A stretch of DNA of 64,000 bases from Verrucomicrobiota bacterium (GCA_047947115.1 CP170459.1:1-64000), one strand, 5' to 3'; shown: positions 1 through 10,425, counted from the stretch's first letter. A program made the numbers and translations. The notes: a model not told the origin generated them from the sequence alone.

Positions 1-2
1 GC

Positions 3-443
3 ATCAACGCCATCTTCAACAAAAGCGAAAACGCACTGCTCGCTTTGAACCCTGGAGCCAACCCAAGCGACCAGCCAACACTGGCCTGGAAACAGACACG
101 CGGACTTCCCTATGTTCCCTCACCCCTGGCCTATCGAGGACATGTTTATCTCATCAAAAATGGCGGCATGATCACCTGTTTGAATGCAAACACAGGCGAG
201 TATGTTTACCAGGAAGAAAGAGTCGGAGCCTTGGGAGATTACTACGCATCCCCCATTGGAGTGGATGATTACATCCTGATGGCATCTCAACGCGGCGTGG
301 TGACCGTCATCGAAGCGGGAGCCCCCGAACTCAAGATCGTCCATCAAGTCGACTTCAAAGACACCATCATGGCCACACCGGCCGCAGTGGACGACAAACT
401 CTACCTTCGCACCAGCCAAACATTCTACTGCTTCGGGCAATGA
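3..443 (+). CDS. PQQ-like/BamB-type beta-propeller protein, C-terminal part (5'-truncated by window)
   Basis: Frame is open from base 3. Motifs PYVPSPLAY, YYASP, ATPA..D.KLYLRT..FYCFG are typical of PVC PQQ-like propellers. Confidence 0.8.
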   Translation: MNAIFNKSENALLALNPGANPSDQPTLAWKQTRGLPYVPSPLAYRGHVYLIKNGGMITCLNANTGEYVYQEERVGALGDYYASPIGVDDYILMASQRGVVTVIEAGAPELKIVHQVDFKDTIMATPAAVDDKLYLRTSQTFYCFGQ

Positions 444-1513
444 AACCTCGTTCGCCCAGAATGATCTACCTGATGATAGTCTCGGGTATGATCCTGATCC
501 TGGGCGCTGCCGTATTCGGCCTTGTTGAACTCCAGAAAGACCGGGCCAATCGATCATTATCCAAAGTCGCCAAACCCGTCATCAAGATGGACCTGCTGGC
601 CCCCATGGATCACGGCTGGATTTCCGACCATGAAATCTTCTTCCTGAGAGAAAAAAATCAGGGCGATTTCATGTGCCTGAAAGCCGACATCCGAGACGGA
701 AAGGAAACTTTACTGGAAGCTCTGTCACCTTACCTGAGAGATAAGGAAGACCGGAGTATCCCCTTTGAGATGCAGGCTTCACCCTCAGGTAAACGCATAG
801 GAATGCTTTTCGGTTCAAAATCTGACCGGGAAATTTACATACATGATTTGAAGACAAACGAAACCCTTTCGATTGAAAACAAACCGGTCACCTTTTTCAT
901 GGAAACTTGGCTACCTGACGAATCGGGTTGGGTCGTTTGGATCCCCGAAAAAACACCTTCTTCCGAAACCTCATCCTACTACCTTTCCCCAACCATCATT
1001 GGGCCTGAATTAAGTGAACTTCCTATTTCAGAGGTCCGGTTACCACCTCCTGCTGGCCCGGACCTTTTTTTAGATCAAAAGAACCTTCTGATGAGTTTCT
1101 ATAAAGAAAACAAGGATTTCACCTTCGACCTCTCCCTTGCCATCGTTGAGCTGGCTGGTGACAAAAACCCAGTCTTCAATCAGACGCAGGTTTTTACTTC
1201 CGATTTTCCCATGTCAGGCAATTTCCAATTCTCACATGATGAAAAGGGAAACCGATGGATCATTGGGCATCGAACAAGGGGAACCATCTGGAAAATAGAA
1301 CGCAAAAACACGTTTCCATATGTGGGCATCAATACCAGACGGTATCAACTCCAACTCTACAAAAGAGGCCCCAACCGAACCACCACACTCGATCCGGACG
1401 TAGAAATCCAATACCCATCACACATCAAACTCAACCCATCCGGCACCCACTTCAGCTTCGTCTACCAAGGTCAGATATGGGTCGCCGCCATAGACGACAT
1501 GTTGCCCTTTTGA
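440..1513 (+). CDS. Hypothetical membrane-anchored protein, possibly TolB-like propeller
   Basis: 357-aa ORF with ATGA overlap to the upstream gene. N-terminal hydrophobic helix; SPSGKRI and NPSGTHFSF motifs. Confidence 0.6.
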   Translation: MKPRSPRMIYLMIVSGMILILGAAVFGLVELQKDRANRSLSKVAKPVIKMDLLAPMDHGWISDHEIFFLREKNQGDFMCLKADIRDGKETLLEALSPYLRDKEDRSIPFEMQASPSGKRIGMLFGSKSDREIYIHDLKTNETLSIENKPVTFFMETWLPDESGWVVWIPEKTPSSETSSYYLSPTIIGPELSELPISEVRLPPPAGPDLFLDQKNLLMSFYKENKDFTFDLSLAIVELAGDKNPVFNQTQVFTSDFPMSGNFQFSHDEKGNRWIIGHRTRGTIWKIERKNTFPYVGINTRRYQLQLYKRGPNRTTTLDPDVEIQYPSHIKLNPSGTHFSFVYQGQIWVAAIDDMLPF

Positions 1514-1736
1514 ATGGTGAATTTAAATAGTGAATGGCTCCATGAGGGTGAGGTAATTACAAAGGCAACCCTCAGGTAAATCGTGCCGTCCCTGGCGCGC
1601 CTCGTCGCACTCATTAGCTGAATGCTCTTAATTGTGGAAAGCCATCATCACCCAATTCCACCAAATCCATATCAGCATCCTTCGCCGCGCAAAGCAACCA
1701 GCCTCACCAAATCATTCATGACACATCAGAAAAGTA

Positions 1737-1928
1737 CTTTGCGCCCTTTGCGATCTTGGCGTCTTTGCGAGAATTTGGATTGATGGGGACAAATTCACCA
1801 TGGGGCAGCAATATCACGATCGTCATTGTCAGCGTTTGTGAATCTTGCATCGAACCTTTTAAAGGCCACCGGTTTTTCAATGGTTGCTTGTTTTTATCGC
1901 CAAGGCGCGGAGGCGCAGAGACGCAAAG
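1737..1928. repeat. Inverted pair of short-period (CTYTGCG-type) REP-like repeats in a convergent intergenic region
   Basis: ctttgcgccctttgcgatcttggcgtctttgcgaga (1737-1772) and the oppositely oriented tcgccaaggcgcggaggcgcagagacgcaaag (1897-1928). A related copy is at 54956-54981. Confidence 0.55.
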
Positions 1929-2095
1929 TGTTGTGTGAGGAAGAAGGCCAGCAGAGAATGTTACATGAACAGTAACTGCTTTTTGGGTTCCTTGAGTAAT
2001 ACAAGAACGTTTGTTTATCTCGACGCACATGCGCTCACGCAGTGGTACGGATAAAATCACCACATTCCACAGTCGTGGAAACAACTCACAAAATA

Positions 2096-2839
2096 TCACC
2101 GCAGAGTTCTGAAAAAACCACCGCGAAAATCATCCATCTCATCATTCGGCAACCAGAAACGTTTGGTGCCCGACACATCATCAAACTCCGTTTCATCCAC
2201 CTTCTCGACATGCAGATCAGCCATCAGCACATGCCCCCGACTGTTATGCCGAATCGCAAGAGCACGCGAAGCCGCTTGAGGCCCTACCTGCCCACTGTAA
2301 TCTGTCGGAGCCAGATTGCCCTCCATGTAAAACATCGTCTTGGATGGTTCATGGAATGAACTGATCTTGGTATCGTGGCAAATAGCACAGTTCATACCGT
2401 AACTGTAGTCACGCGTGTGTGAGGATCGACTCCGCGAGTTGGTGGACGCCTGACCCGTCGCCTTCGGTTTGCGTTTGGTCGCCAGTTCGATGGCATCGGT
2501 TGGGCACATGTAACTGGGCTTCGACTCAATATAGGGATAAAGCGTCCCCGTCGTCAGATCCCCCACCCGACTGTACAACCAAGTGCGAAAAGTAGGGTAA
2601 TGCCCATCGTGATCATCCGAATACATTTGAGACGCCAGGGAAATTTGTTTGAGATTATTGAGGCACACAATCCCTCTGGCCGACTCCTTCGCCTTGGAAA
2701 GCGCCGGAAGTAACATACCCGCAAGGATGGCTATAATGGCAATCACAACCAGAAGTTCAATCAAAGTGAATCCAAGTGATCGATTAACTTGTCTGTTCCC
2801 TTTATGCACACCCAGTGTACCATTCAGGTAAGTATTCAT
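2096..2839 (-). CDS. Prepilin-type N-terminal cleavage/methylation domain protein (DUF1559-like, H-X9-DG variant)
   Basis: [36 protein letters not shown] and C-terminal [13 protein letters not shown]. Confidence 0.9.
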   Translation of the reverse strand: MNTYLNGTLGVHKGNRQVNRSLGFTLIELLVVIAIIAILAGMLLPALSKAKESARGIVCLNNLKQISLASQMYSDDHDGHYPTFRTWLYSRVGDLTTGTLYPYIESKPSYMCPTDAIELATKRKPKATGQASTNSRSRSSHTRDYSYGMNCAICHDTKISSFHEPSKTMFYMEGNLAPTDYSGQVGPQAASRALAIRHNSRGHVLMADLHVEKVDETEFDDVSGTKRFWLPNDEMDDFRGGFFRTLR

Positions 2840-3158
2840 AAATGTGCTCGGCTGATGACCGGTAGACTAGCTGGTTAAGAAGCTGGTTCAACAACTACTC
2901 TCCAGCCTCCCCCACTCCCAGCACGATTCAAACTGGGTATAAAGCGGCTTGCAATTTGGCAGGGACGTCCGCGATACATCGGGACCGCGCGTCCGGTGGC
3001 GTGTCCGCTCAACCCTACAGGTTTTCCAACACCTCAACGCAAGCGCGGCCCCGCAGCAGTGGGGCCCATTTCTGAATGCCACCTGGTTTGAACCACCCTG
3101 CGCCCTTGATTGTGCTTGCGATAGAACAGACGCTCCATAAAGATCCGGGCATTCCATC

Positions 3159-4091
3159 ATGAACCGACGAACCTTTTTAAAAAGAAGCGCCCTCGCAGCC
3201 ACGACCATTACCTACGGCTGTCACCGCACCCGATCATTGACTTCCTCAAAAACAAAAAAGACCGGCAACGAAATTTGGGTCGACACCCATCTGCATTGCT
3301 TTGCCGGAACAACGGACACCCGCTTCCCCTATCACGAGCGAGCCCCCTACCGTCCCACCGAACCCGCCACACCGGAACATCTGCTCGAATGCATGCACGC
3401 AGCCGGCGTCGACTACGCCATCGTGGTCCACCCCGAACCCTATCAGGACGACCACCGCTACCTGGAACACTGCCTGGCAGTGGGAAAAGGCAAACTAAAA
3501 GGTGTCGGTCTGTTCTTCGCGGACCGCCCCGGCTCGTTGGATAAAATTGCACCCCTAGCAGAACGAATCCCGCTGGTCGCCCTCCGCGTTCACGCCTATG
3601 CACCGGACCGCTTACCACCATTCGACAGTCCGGAACTCAAACGACTCTGGACCATTGCCTCGGACCTGGGACTGGCGATCCAACTCCACTTCGAACCCAA
3701 ATATGCCGCACGATTCCACCCCTACATCCAAGCATTCCCGCACACCAAAGTCATCATCGACCATCTCGGGCGCCCCTTCCAGGGCCTGCCTGAAGAACAC
3801 GCGAACGTCTTCCAAATGGCCAAACACCCCAACACCATCATCAAACTCTCAGCCATTCCCTCCACCCGCCAATACCCCCACCGCGACATCACCCCCACCA
3901 TCCACCGTCTGGTGCAAGCATTTGGCCCTGACCGCATGATCTACGGAGGCGGCTTCGGAGCCGACGCCACCGGCGAAACCTACCACGCCGCCTTCGAAAC
4001 CGCCCGAACCTACATCGACCACCTTTCCCCCGCCGACCAATCCCTCATACTGGGCGGAAACGCCGCAAAGCTCTTCGGATTCCCTAGCTGA
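3159..4091 (+). CDS. Tat-exported amidohydrolase family (Amidohydro_2) protein
   Basis: MNRRTFLK twin-arginine signal; DTHLH and IIDHLGRP metal-binding motifs; FGPDRMIYG; ILGGNAAKLF. Confidence 0.85.
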   Translation: MNRRTFLKRSALAATTITYGCHRTRSLTSSKTKKTGNEIWVDTHLHCFAGTTDTRFPYHERAPYRPTEPATPEHLLECMHAAGVDYAIVVHPEPYQDDHRYLEHCLAVGKGKLKGVGLFFADRPGSLDKIAPLAERIPLVALRVHAYAPDRLPPFDSPELKRLWTIASDLGLAIQLHFEPKYAARFHPYIQAFPHTKVIIDHLGRPFQGLPEEHANVFQMAKHPNTIIKLSAIPSTRQYPHRDITPTIHRLVQAFGPDRMIYGGGFGADATGETYHAAFETARTYIDHLSPADQSLILGGNAAKLFGFPS

Positions 4092-4305
4092 ACAAACACG
4101 GCATTCGGCCGGAGAAAATCAAAAACTAACCAACAAAACCGAACATCCGCTAATCCATCGTACTAATCTCGCCGGTCCCGCTACCACGATGGCCGCAAAA
4201 ATAGACTTGCGAACTCCCCCCCAGTTCCCTAAACACATTACTCTCTGGACGGCACACCGCCACCAGAACCGGGTTCCAACCAAGGGAATCCCCACCATAT
4301 CCAAC

Positions 4306-4381
<76 letters not shown>

Positions 4382-4487
4382 GCTTCCTTAAACTCTAACC
4401 GCTTAATATGAATGCTTTGCAGGATTTTCACCACCCAGCCCCTTTAATGGCATGGTTGTAATTTGTAGCAGATTTTAACCCTTTTGT

Positions 4488-4506
4488 TGCATTCTAACCC
4501 ATTCTT
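4488..4506 (+). promoter_or_regulatory. Putative integrase arm-type site (left end)
   Basis: TGCATTCTAACCCATTCTT matches TGCATTTCAACCCATACTT (13291-13309) at 16/19 positions and lies among further AACCC/ACCCC repeats. Confidence 0.5.
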
Positions 4507-4527
4507 ACCCCATACTCAAAGCACCCC

Positions 4528-5742
4528 ATGACTACCCCAAATAGCGTTATAAGACATCGAGGGATTTGTGTCCGCCGGCGCCGCAATGCCGGAGGTTCTA
4601 TATCATTCCGGGTTGAGTGCCCAATTTCCTGGTTCGACCGCACAACTTTTCGTCAGTTCAAGACCAAGGAAGAGGCGAAGCACTTCATTGATTTGCAGAT
4701 GGACCAACGGGCAATGTATGGCAAGATGGCAAATCTTCTGACGGCAGAACAACGCCTTGATGCGCACAACGCATACGAACGACTTAACAACGCTAATGTC
4801 TCGCTGGTCGATTGCGTTGATTTTTATCTCAAGCATGCGGAGACGGCGGCTGGCAATATCAGCATGGCCGAACTCATAGTCTCTTACCTTGAGGATTGCA
4901 AAAGAGGCAAAGGAACTCGCAACGGTCGCCCACTCAGAGAGCGTTCCATGCAAGACATCAAAAACCGACTCGAGAAGTTTGCGGTCACCTTTGGCGCTAT
5001 GATGCCTGGTGAGGTTGCCTCATCTGAAATTGAGAACTGGCTACACAGAGATGAGTGGTCTTTGCAAACTCGCCGCAATTACTACCGCGCTCTGCACACC
5101 CTGTTTAGCTACGCTTGCCGCAAGGGATTTTGCCCGCAAAACCCCATAAGCGCCGTAAGCGAGCCGAAGCCAGAGGAAAAGGCGCCAGCAATACTTACAA
5201 TCGCACAATGTGAAAAGTTACTTTCATCCGCTCTTCTTAACGAAAATGAACTCGGCATGCTGGGATACGTCGCACTTGGGCTTTTTTGCGGCATCCGCAC
5301 CGCCGAACTTAACCGTATGGAATGGAGCGCTGTCGACCTTGAGGCTGGGTTGGTCACCGTCAACCCTGAAATTGCGAAGGCGCGTTCCATACGCAATACG
5401 ACAATCCCGGAAAACGCCATTCAATGGTTGATGCACTGCGGCAATCGAAGCGGTTCCATCGTTCCCGTTGGGTTTCGAAAGCGCTTTGACCAAGTGCGCG
5501 CCGGCGCCGGGATTACTAATTGGTCAACCAATGCGATGCGCCACAGCGCCGGCAGCTACCATTACGCCATGTATGAAGATGCAGCCAAGACCGCAGCATT
5601 CCTTGGACATGCCCAGGATGGTGTGCTTTTCCGGCATTACCGCGCACTGACGCGCAAAAAGGACGCCGAGCAGTTTTATTCCTTGTTACCTGCCAACGGC
5701 TGCACCGGTAAAAGCCGGTGCCAAACGGTTGTTATGATATGA
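4528..5742 (+). CDS. int: Tyrosine recombinase / phage-type integrase
   Basis: 404 aa. Catalytic motifs GIRTAEL, AK, NAMRHS, LGH and RHY; located immediately inside the att repeat. Confidence 0.93.
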   Translation: MTTPNSVIRHRGICVRRRRNAGGSISFRVECPISWFDRTTFRQFKTKEEAKHFIDLQMDQRAMYGKMANLLTAEQRLDAHNAYERLNNANVSLVDCVDFYLKHAETAAGNISMAELIVSYLEDCKRGKGTRNGRPLRERSMQDIKNRLEKFAVTFGAMMPGEVASSEIENWLHRDEWSLQTRRNYYRALHTLFSYACRKGFCPQNPISAVSEPKPEEKAPAILTIAQCEKLLSSALLNENELGMLGYVALGLFCGIRTAELNRMEWSAVDLEAGLVTVNPEIAKARSIRNTTIPENAIQWLMHCGNRSGSIVPVGFRKRFDQVRAGAGITNWSTNAMRHSAGSYHYAMYEDAAKTAAFLGHAQDGVLFRHYRALTRKKDAEQFYSLLPANGCTGKSRCQTVVMI

Positions 5743-5752
5743 ACCGCTTGTA

Positions 5753-6556
5753 ATGGATGATTTGGAAAAAGTTGAAAAGCACTGGTGGTGGAGGCATCTT
5801 GAGTTTGCTGATTACCGTTTGCCCGACGATAAAGATTGCGAGCAAGCAAAATGGTATGAAACTGTGCCGCGCAAGGGTGTTCTGGCGAACCCTTGCTACT
5901 CGCTGACTTTAGAGTTTCAAGAATGGAAAAAGCGCACAGAGTTGCCGGCTTGGTGGTATGAGTTGTTGCGAAGGCAATTTGGCCCTGACTCACTAAAACC
6001 ATTCCCGTGGATTGACGCGCACCTTCATAGTCTTCTTCTTGGGGGTTTTGGCGAAAGGAGCGAGCCTGTCGCCCAAATTGTGCTCTCAGGCAAAGTTAAT
6101 TCGGATACTTTTTCGGAGCCTATTCCGCCATTTCAGTTCGACTTGTCTGCTAGCAATAGTGCACTGATAGAGCAGTTTCTCCTTTGGATAGCCGAGCAGC
6201 GAAGCAAAAAAGGATTGCCCAATAATTTGATTTCAAAAGACCCAAAAGGGAACTTAAAAACCTACAGTTTCCCCTCTGTTTCAGCCTCCAAGGAGGCTAA
6301 AACAGTTGAAAAGCAGAAACGAAAGCGCTCGGTAGTTTGGAGGACGATTGAGTTGCTGGATATCACGAAAACACGTGAATTGAGCTATCCAGAGATAAAA
6401 ATTGTCGAACGAGCTCGCAGAGAAGCCGGAAAAATGGAGTCGAAATTCACTAGAATGCTATCAAATTGGCGCAGTTTTTGCGAAAATTCCCCATTACCGC
6501 CTGAGTCAGCCTCAAATTTCCCTCGATTTCTTAGGAAACATTTTCCCCAGGAATAA
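5753..6556 (+). CDS. Hypothetical element protein between integrase and excisionase
   Basis: 267-aa ORF starting 10 bp after int. The segment FDLSASNSALIEQFLLWIAEQR recalls DUF6387-like island proteins (unverified). Confidence 0.6.
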   Translation: MDDLEKVEKHWWWRHLEFADYRLPDDKDCEQAKWYETVPRKGVLANPCYSLTLEFQEWKKRTELPAWWYELLRRQFGPDSLKPFPWIDAHLHSLLLGGFGERSEPVAQIVLSGKVNSDTFSEPIPPFQFDLSASNSALIEQFLLWIAEQRSKKGLPNNLISKDPKGNLKTYSFPSVSASKEAKTVEKQKRKRSVVWRTIELLDITKTRELSYPEIKIVERARREAGKMESKFTRMLSNWRSFCENSPLPPESASNFPRFLRKHFPQE

Positions 6557-6593
6557 GCTGCCGTAGAATTCAAATGCTAGACTAGCGATTATC

Positions 6594-6887
6594 ATGGCGA
6601 TGAAAAAGGCATCGTCAATAAATCCAGATTCTATCATTCGGACAGCCAATGACCACCCACCGCTAGTTGAGGTATTGCCCTATCCAGATTACCTCACAGT
6701 CAAGCAAGCTGCTGCCTATTTGCAGCTAAGCACGAGGACCATTCGGAATCTTACAAGTCGAGGGCTCCTTCCTATATGCAGAATTGGCGGGTCAATTCGC
6801 TACCGAAAATTGTCAATTGACGAGTCACTGGCCAAACAGGAAATAAAAGCCCGCTTTGACCGCATTAGCCGTGGAGGTGCCAGATGA
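6594..6887 (+). CDS. HTH_17 excisionase / AlpA-like DNA-binding protein
   Basis: YLTVKQAAAYLQLSTRTIRNL..RGLLP..RIGGSIRY winged-HTH pattern. Confidence 0.88.
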   Translation: MAMKKASSINPDSIIRTANDHPPLVEVLPYPDYLTVKQAAAYLQLSTRTIRNLTSRGLLPICRIGGSIRYRKLSIDESLAKQEIKARFDRISRGGAR

Positions 6888-9217
6888 GAGTTGGAGCCAT
6901 GTCTGGAGGTCAAAAAGCACCTGCCGTGCTGGTGCAAAGCGTGCGCCCTGGAATACGCCAAGAAACCTTGCTCGACAATGGCATTTGCCATGTTAGTGCC
7001 TCGGATGCTTACCGCCAGGTTGGTGCCAACCACTCGGGCATGCTGATACCATACCGGAACCTCGATGGCTCTCCCGTAACTGAAGGAGAAAAGCCTTACT
7101 CTCGGCTAAGGTTAGACAAACCTCTTGCGAAGCAGAAATACCATCAGGAGGCGGGGACTTCGGTTCATGCATTCATACCGACCGGTTTAGTCGAGCTCTA
7201 TGTGACGAGCAAGTGCAGCGGACTCTGCATTGTTGAAGGTGAGTTCAAAGCCATAGCACTCTGTGAATCGGGATTTCCGGCCGTGGGTATCAGCGGGCTC
7301 TATGGATTCCAAAATAAGTCAGGTGAGCTGGTAGACGAGCTTGGGGAAGTTATTCAGCAGCTCGCGCCTTCGGTTATCTATTTCTGTGGTGACGCGGACA
7401 CCACCCTCAACTGGCAGTTCGCCGACGCTGCGGTGAAATTGAGTGCGCTTTTGCCATCGGTAACCGTCATGTTGCCAAGAATACCTTTGGCCGGCGGGGG
7501 CAAAGGTGTTGACGATTGTAAGGAGGAACTCGGTGACAGCTTTAATAATTGGTGGCTGGAGCGCCAACGAGAAGCTATTCAAGTGGAAGACGAAACCGCC
7601 GCGGGCGACCTGGCAGCCGAGCTTTTTGCAGACCAAGCTAAAAACCTTGAGGCTTACCTCAGTGGTGGAGGGTCTAAGGCTCAAAAAGCACTCGTCAAAT
7701 TCCTTGGTAGCTTGGAAAAAGGCATTGCCTTTGAAAATGCATTGTCACTGGCATCAAGGCACTCAGGCCTAGCTCTTAATGCACTCAAAGCCGAGATTAG
7801 GAAGAAAAAAAATGCCAAGGCAGACAAAACAGCTTCCACCGGCTCAGGCGACAAGAAGCTGCCTGAACTCTATTACTTCGAAGGAAAGTATTACCGCCAA
7901 AATGCACAGAAAGTCTTCACCGCAATTCCTGGCCGAGACGCCGAAAGGGAGCTCAAGTTCCATGGCTTTGGCCATAACAAGGTTCACAATGAGGCCAGCG
8001 AGATAGACGTGGCGTTGCGAATCATCCAGCTCGAGAACTGTGTCCAGGGAGCCGGCCCGTTGTGCGGGCGCATGCCGGGACTGGTGGCTGAAAATGGCTT
8101 CAAGTATTTGGTGACGCGAGGCCCTGACATTGTGCCGGCAAATGGCACCGGCCATAGCCACGAGGCTAGACCTATGTTTGAGCTTCTAGGAGCCGTATTT
8201 GGTGAAGAAGTAAACCCTTATTATGAGACCCAACTGCTGACTTTCATGGCTTGGTTGCAGAGAGCTCGGTTGGCTCTCAAACACCCCGACCAGCACTTGC
8301 CTGGTCAAATGCTCGTGCTAGTTGGTCCAGCTGGTTGTGGAAAGTCATACTTGCAAGTGCTGATTACTCAAATGCTGGGCCGCCGTGACAGCGACCCATC
8401 GCTTTGGCTTCAGGGCAAGACAGCCTTCAATGGAGACCTCTGGACAGCTGAACACTTGGTGATGTCAGATAGTAATTTGGAAGCGACCGGTAAAGGCAAG
8501 GAGGCCATGCGTGACAAAATCAAAGAGATTGTGGCTAACCCAAGCTACCCTTGTCACTATAAGGGTGAGGAACAGCTAACCCTGCGCCCCATTTGGCGGC
8601 TTACCCTGAGTGCCAATGATGACGTCACCAGCGCCAACATTTTGCCGGCATTAGAGAACTCAACCAAAGACAAACTCATCTACTTCAAATGCTATACCAA
8701 GGAAGGTTACTTTCCTGATTCGCACAATCGCGAGGAGCATCACGAAGCCATTTTGAGTGCCATACCCGCGTTCCTGCATTTCGTTGAGCGCGCAGAAATA
8801 CCGCCTGACATGGAAAACAACCGGTGGGGCGTTGGCGCATGGCATCACCCCGGCTGCATTGAATTGCTGCAGAGTTACAATCCTGAGCAAGAGTTGGAAG
8901 AAATCCTGGAGAAATGGTTAAAAGACAAAACCATTGGAAGCGTTCGGAAACGCCCACGGGAACTCTATCTGGAGCTCGATAATTTGGCTGGGTATTCATT
9001 CTCGAGATGCTCCCGAAGTATTGGGCATCTTGGCCACCAACTTGCCAGGCTCATGGAGCGCTCACCTTGGAGTGAGGTCATCACCAAGACCACCGAGCGT
9101 AATGGGCCAACCCGATGCGAGCATATATATTACTGTTTCAACCCAGCCGGCCTTCATGAAGTGGAGACAGTCGACGACATCAACGAATTATTTGAAAGCG
9201 GAGGGGTGGAGGTATGA
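6884..9217 (+). CDS. Primase-helicase replication protein (DUF3854 Toprim-like + SF3/DUF5906-like NTPase)
   Basis: Toprim motifs IVEGEFKA, GISGLYG, CGDAD and KGVDD; Walker A GPAGCGKS; ATGA coupling to the xis-like gene. Confidence 0.85.
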   Translation: MRVGAMSGGQKAPAVLVQSVRPGIRQETLLDNGICHVSASDAYRQVGANHSGMLIPYRNLDGSPVTEGEKPYSRLRLDKPLAKQKYHQEAGTSVHAFIPTGLVELYVTSKCSGLCIVEGEFKAIALCESGFPAVGISGLYGFQNKSGELVDELGEVIQQLAPSVIYFCGDADTTLNWQFADAAVKLSALLPSVTVMLPRIPLAGGGKGVDDCKEELGDSFNNWWLERQREAIQVEDETAAGDLAAELFADQAKNLEAYLSGGGSKAQKALVKFLGSLEKGIAFENALSLASRHSGLALNALKAEIRKKKNAKADKTASTGSGDKKLPELYYFEGKYYRQNAQKVFTAIPGRDAERELKFHGFGHNKVHNEASEIDVALRIIQLENCVQGAGPLCGRMPGLVAENGFKYLVTRGPDIVPANGTGHSHEARPMFELLGAVFGEEVNPYYETQLLTFMAWLQRARLALKHPDQHLPGQMLVLVGPAGCGKSYLQVLITQMLGRRDSDPSLWLQGKTAFNGDLWTAEHLVMSDSNLEATGKGKEAMRDKIKEIVANPSYPCHYKGEEQLTLRPIWRLTLSANDDVTSANILPALENSTKDKLIYFKCYTKEGYFPDSHNREEHHEAILSAIPAFLHFVERAEIPPDMENNRWGVGAWHHPGCIELLQSYNPEQELEEILEKWLKDKTIGSVRKRPRELYLELDNLAGYSFSRCSRSIGHLGHQLARLMERSPWSEVITKTTERNGPTRCEHIYYCFNPAGLHEVETVDDINELFESGGVEV

Positions 9218-9242
9218 GAGGTATGAATTTTGAGTTGGTGAA

Positions 9243-9614
9243 GTGATGAAATACTCTTCTGCATATTTGCTGCAAGTGGCGCAGAATGGGAAAACCACAC
9301 CTCCCATACCTCCGCATAGCCCATACGAGGCTCTGATGGCGGTTTTGGAGGCGGGTTTTGCGCTCAAACGCCACCCTTCAGGCCGCGGGGTGCTTGTCGT
9401 AGACGCCGCTGGCGTCGCCCAACCTTGGCCGGAGTTGCCGGCACAAATGGAGAGCTTTCTTGACCTGACCTTTCTGGTGATGCGCCGAGATGAGGCTCAA
9501 GTCACCGAATGCTGGTGTCCGGATGAGTTGGTGAAGCAAGGCCTGATGGCTCTAGGGTGGCCAGAAGAGCGCATTTGGACGCGCGAGGAGTTGGGTGAGC
9601 GGATGGGTAAGTGA
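9243..9614 (+). CDS. Hypothetical protein (element core)
   Basis: 123-aa ORF directly after the primase, same strand and similar composition. Confidence 0.55.
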   Translation: MMKYSSAYLLQVAQNGKTTPPIPPHSPYEALMAVLEAGFALKRHPSGRGVLVVDAAGVAQPWPELPAQMESFLDLTFLVMRRDEAQVTECWCPDELVKQGLMALGWPEERIWTREELGERMGK

Positions 9615-9658
9615 TGTGCAGTAAAAAAAATGACGCTTTTGAGGGCTCCCTTTCGTGA

Positions 9659-10270
9659 ATGGAACATATGGGTAAAATATGCATAGTATGTAATGAAGAT
9701 TGTAGCTCTGAGCCCCGCTACAAAGACGTTGATGGTCGTTATACCTGCAAGAAATGTTATTTTGAGGAGGCTCTTCAAGGAGCATCCAATACTACAACCG
9801 AGAATACCAAAGGTACATTGCCGACTAAGTCTGCATCCTCTCGGGTCAAGGTTTCTTCAAGTAAGACGCCGGCGACCAAGTATCTTCAAGTTTTTGGAAT
9901 TGGACTTCTTGGAGTAGGTTTGCAGGTTGGGGCAACTCTCTCTGAAAGTATTGGGCTTATGGTGCTAGCGTTTCTTTATATACTATCCTGCAATTTAGTA
10001 ATCGCAGACCGATTAGGTGCTTCAAACCCCATCTTGCAGCTGATACCTATAGTAAACATCTTTCACCTTTGCGGATGTGCTGATTTACCCATGTGGATGG
10101 GTGTTTTGTTTTTTATACCTTTTGTAAACATTGTATTCATTGTTTATCTGTATTGTAGGATTTCAAATCATCTGGATAAGCCGACTTGGTTGGGGGTTTT
10201 TATCTTAGTGCCTCTTGCAAACACATTTTTACTTGGTTATTTGGTTTCTGCTGAATCCCTGAAGAAATAA
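9659..10270 (+). CDS. Membrane protein with N-terminal CxxC...CxxC zinc ribbon and DUF5684-like transmembrane region (cargo)
   Basis: CIVC...RYKDVDGRYTCKKC; repeated IPIVNI / IPFVNI / VPLAN helices; AT-rich (18/60 G+C at 10081-10140). Confidence 0.65.
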   Translation: MEHMGKICIVCNEDCSSEPRYKDVDGRYTCKKCYFEEALQGASNTTTENTKGTLPTKSASSRVKVSSSKTPATKYLQVFGIGLLGVGLQVGATLSESIGLMVLAFLYILSCNLVIADRLGASNPILQLIPIVNIFHLCGCADLPMWMGVLFFIPFVNIVFIVYLYCRISNHLDKPTWLGVFILVPLANTFLLGYLVSAESLKK

Positions 10271-10383
10271 GTTTCCTTAAACGAGTTTAGTGCCGGCGTC
10301 TAATCAGACCGCGGCAAACGCAACGGTCCTGTGTTCAGCTCAGTGGAGAAAGCGAAGGACTTTCTGAGCCGTAACTAGGGACG

Positions 10384-10425
10384 AAAAAGCCCCACTAGCA
10401 ATGCAACGTGTTGCTAGTGGGGCTT
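10384..10425 (-). terminator. Rho-independent terminator
   Basis: Perfect 15-bp stem AAGCCCCACTAGCAA / TTGCTAGTGGGGCTT with 9-nt loop; T-run on the minus strand. Confidence 0.8.
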
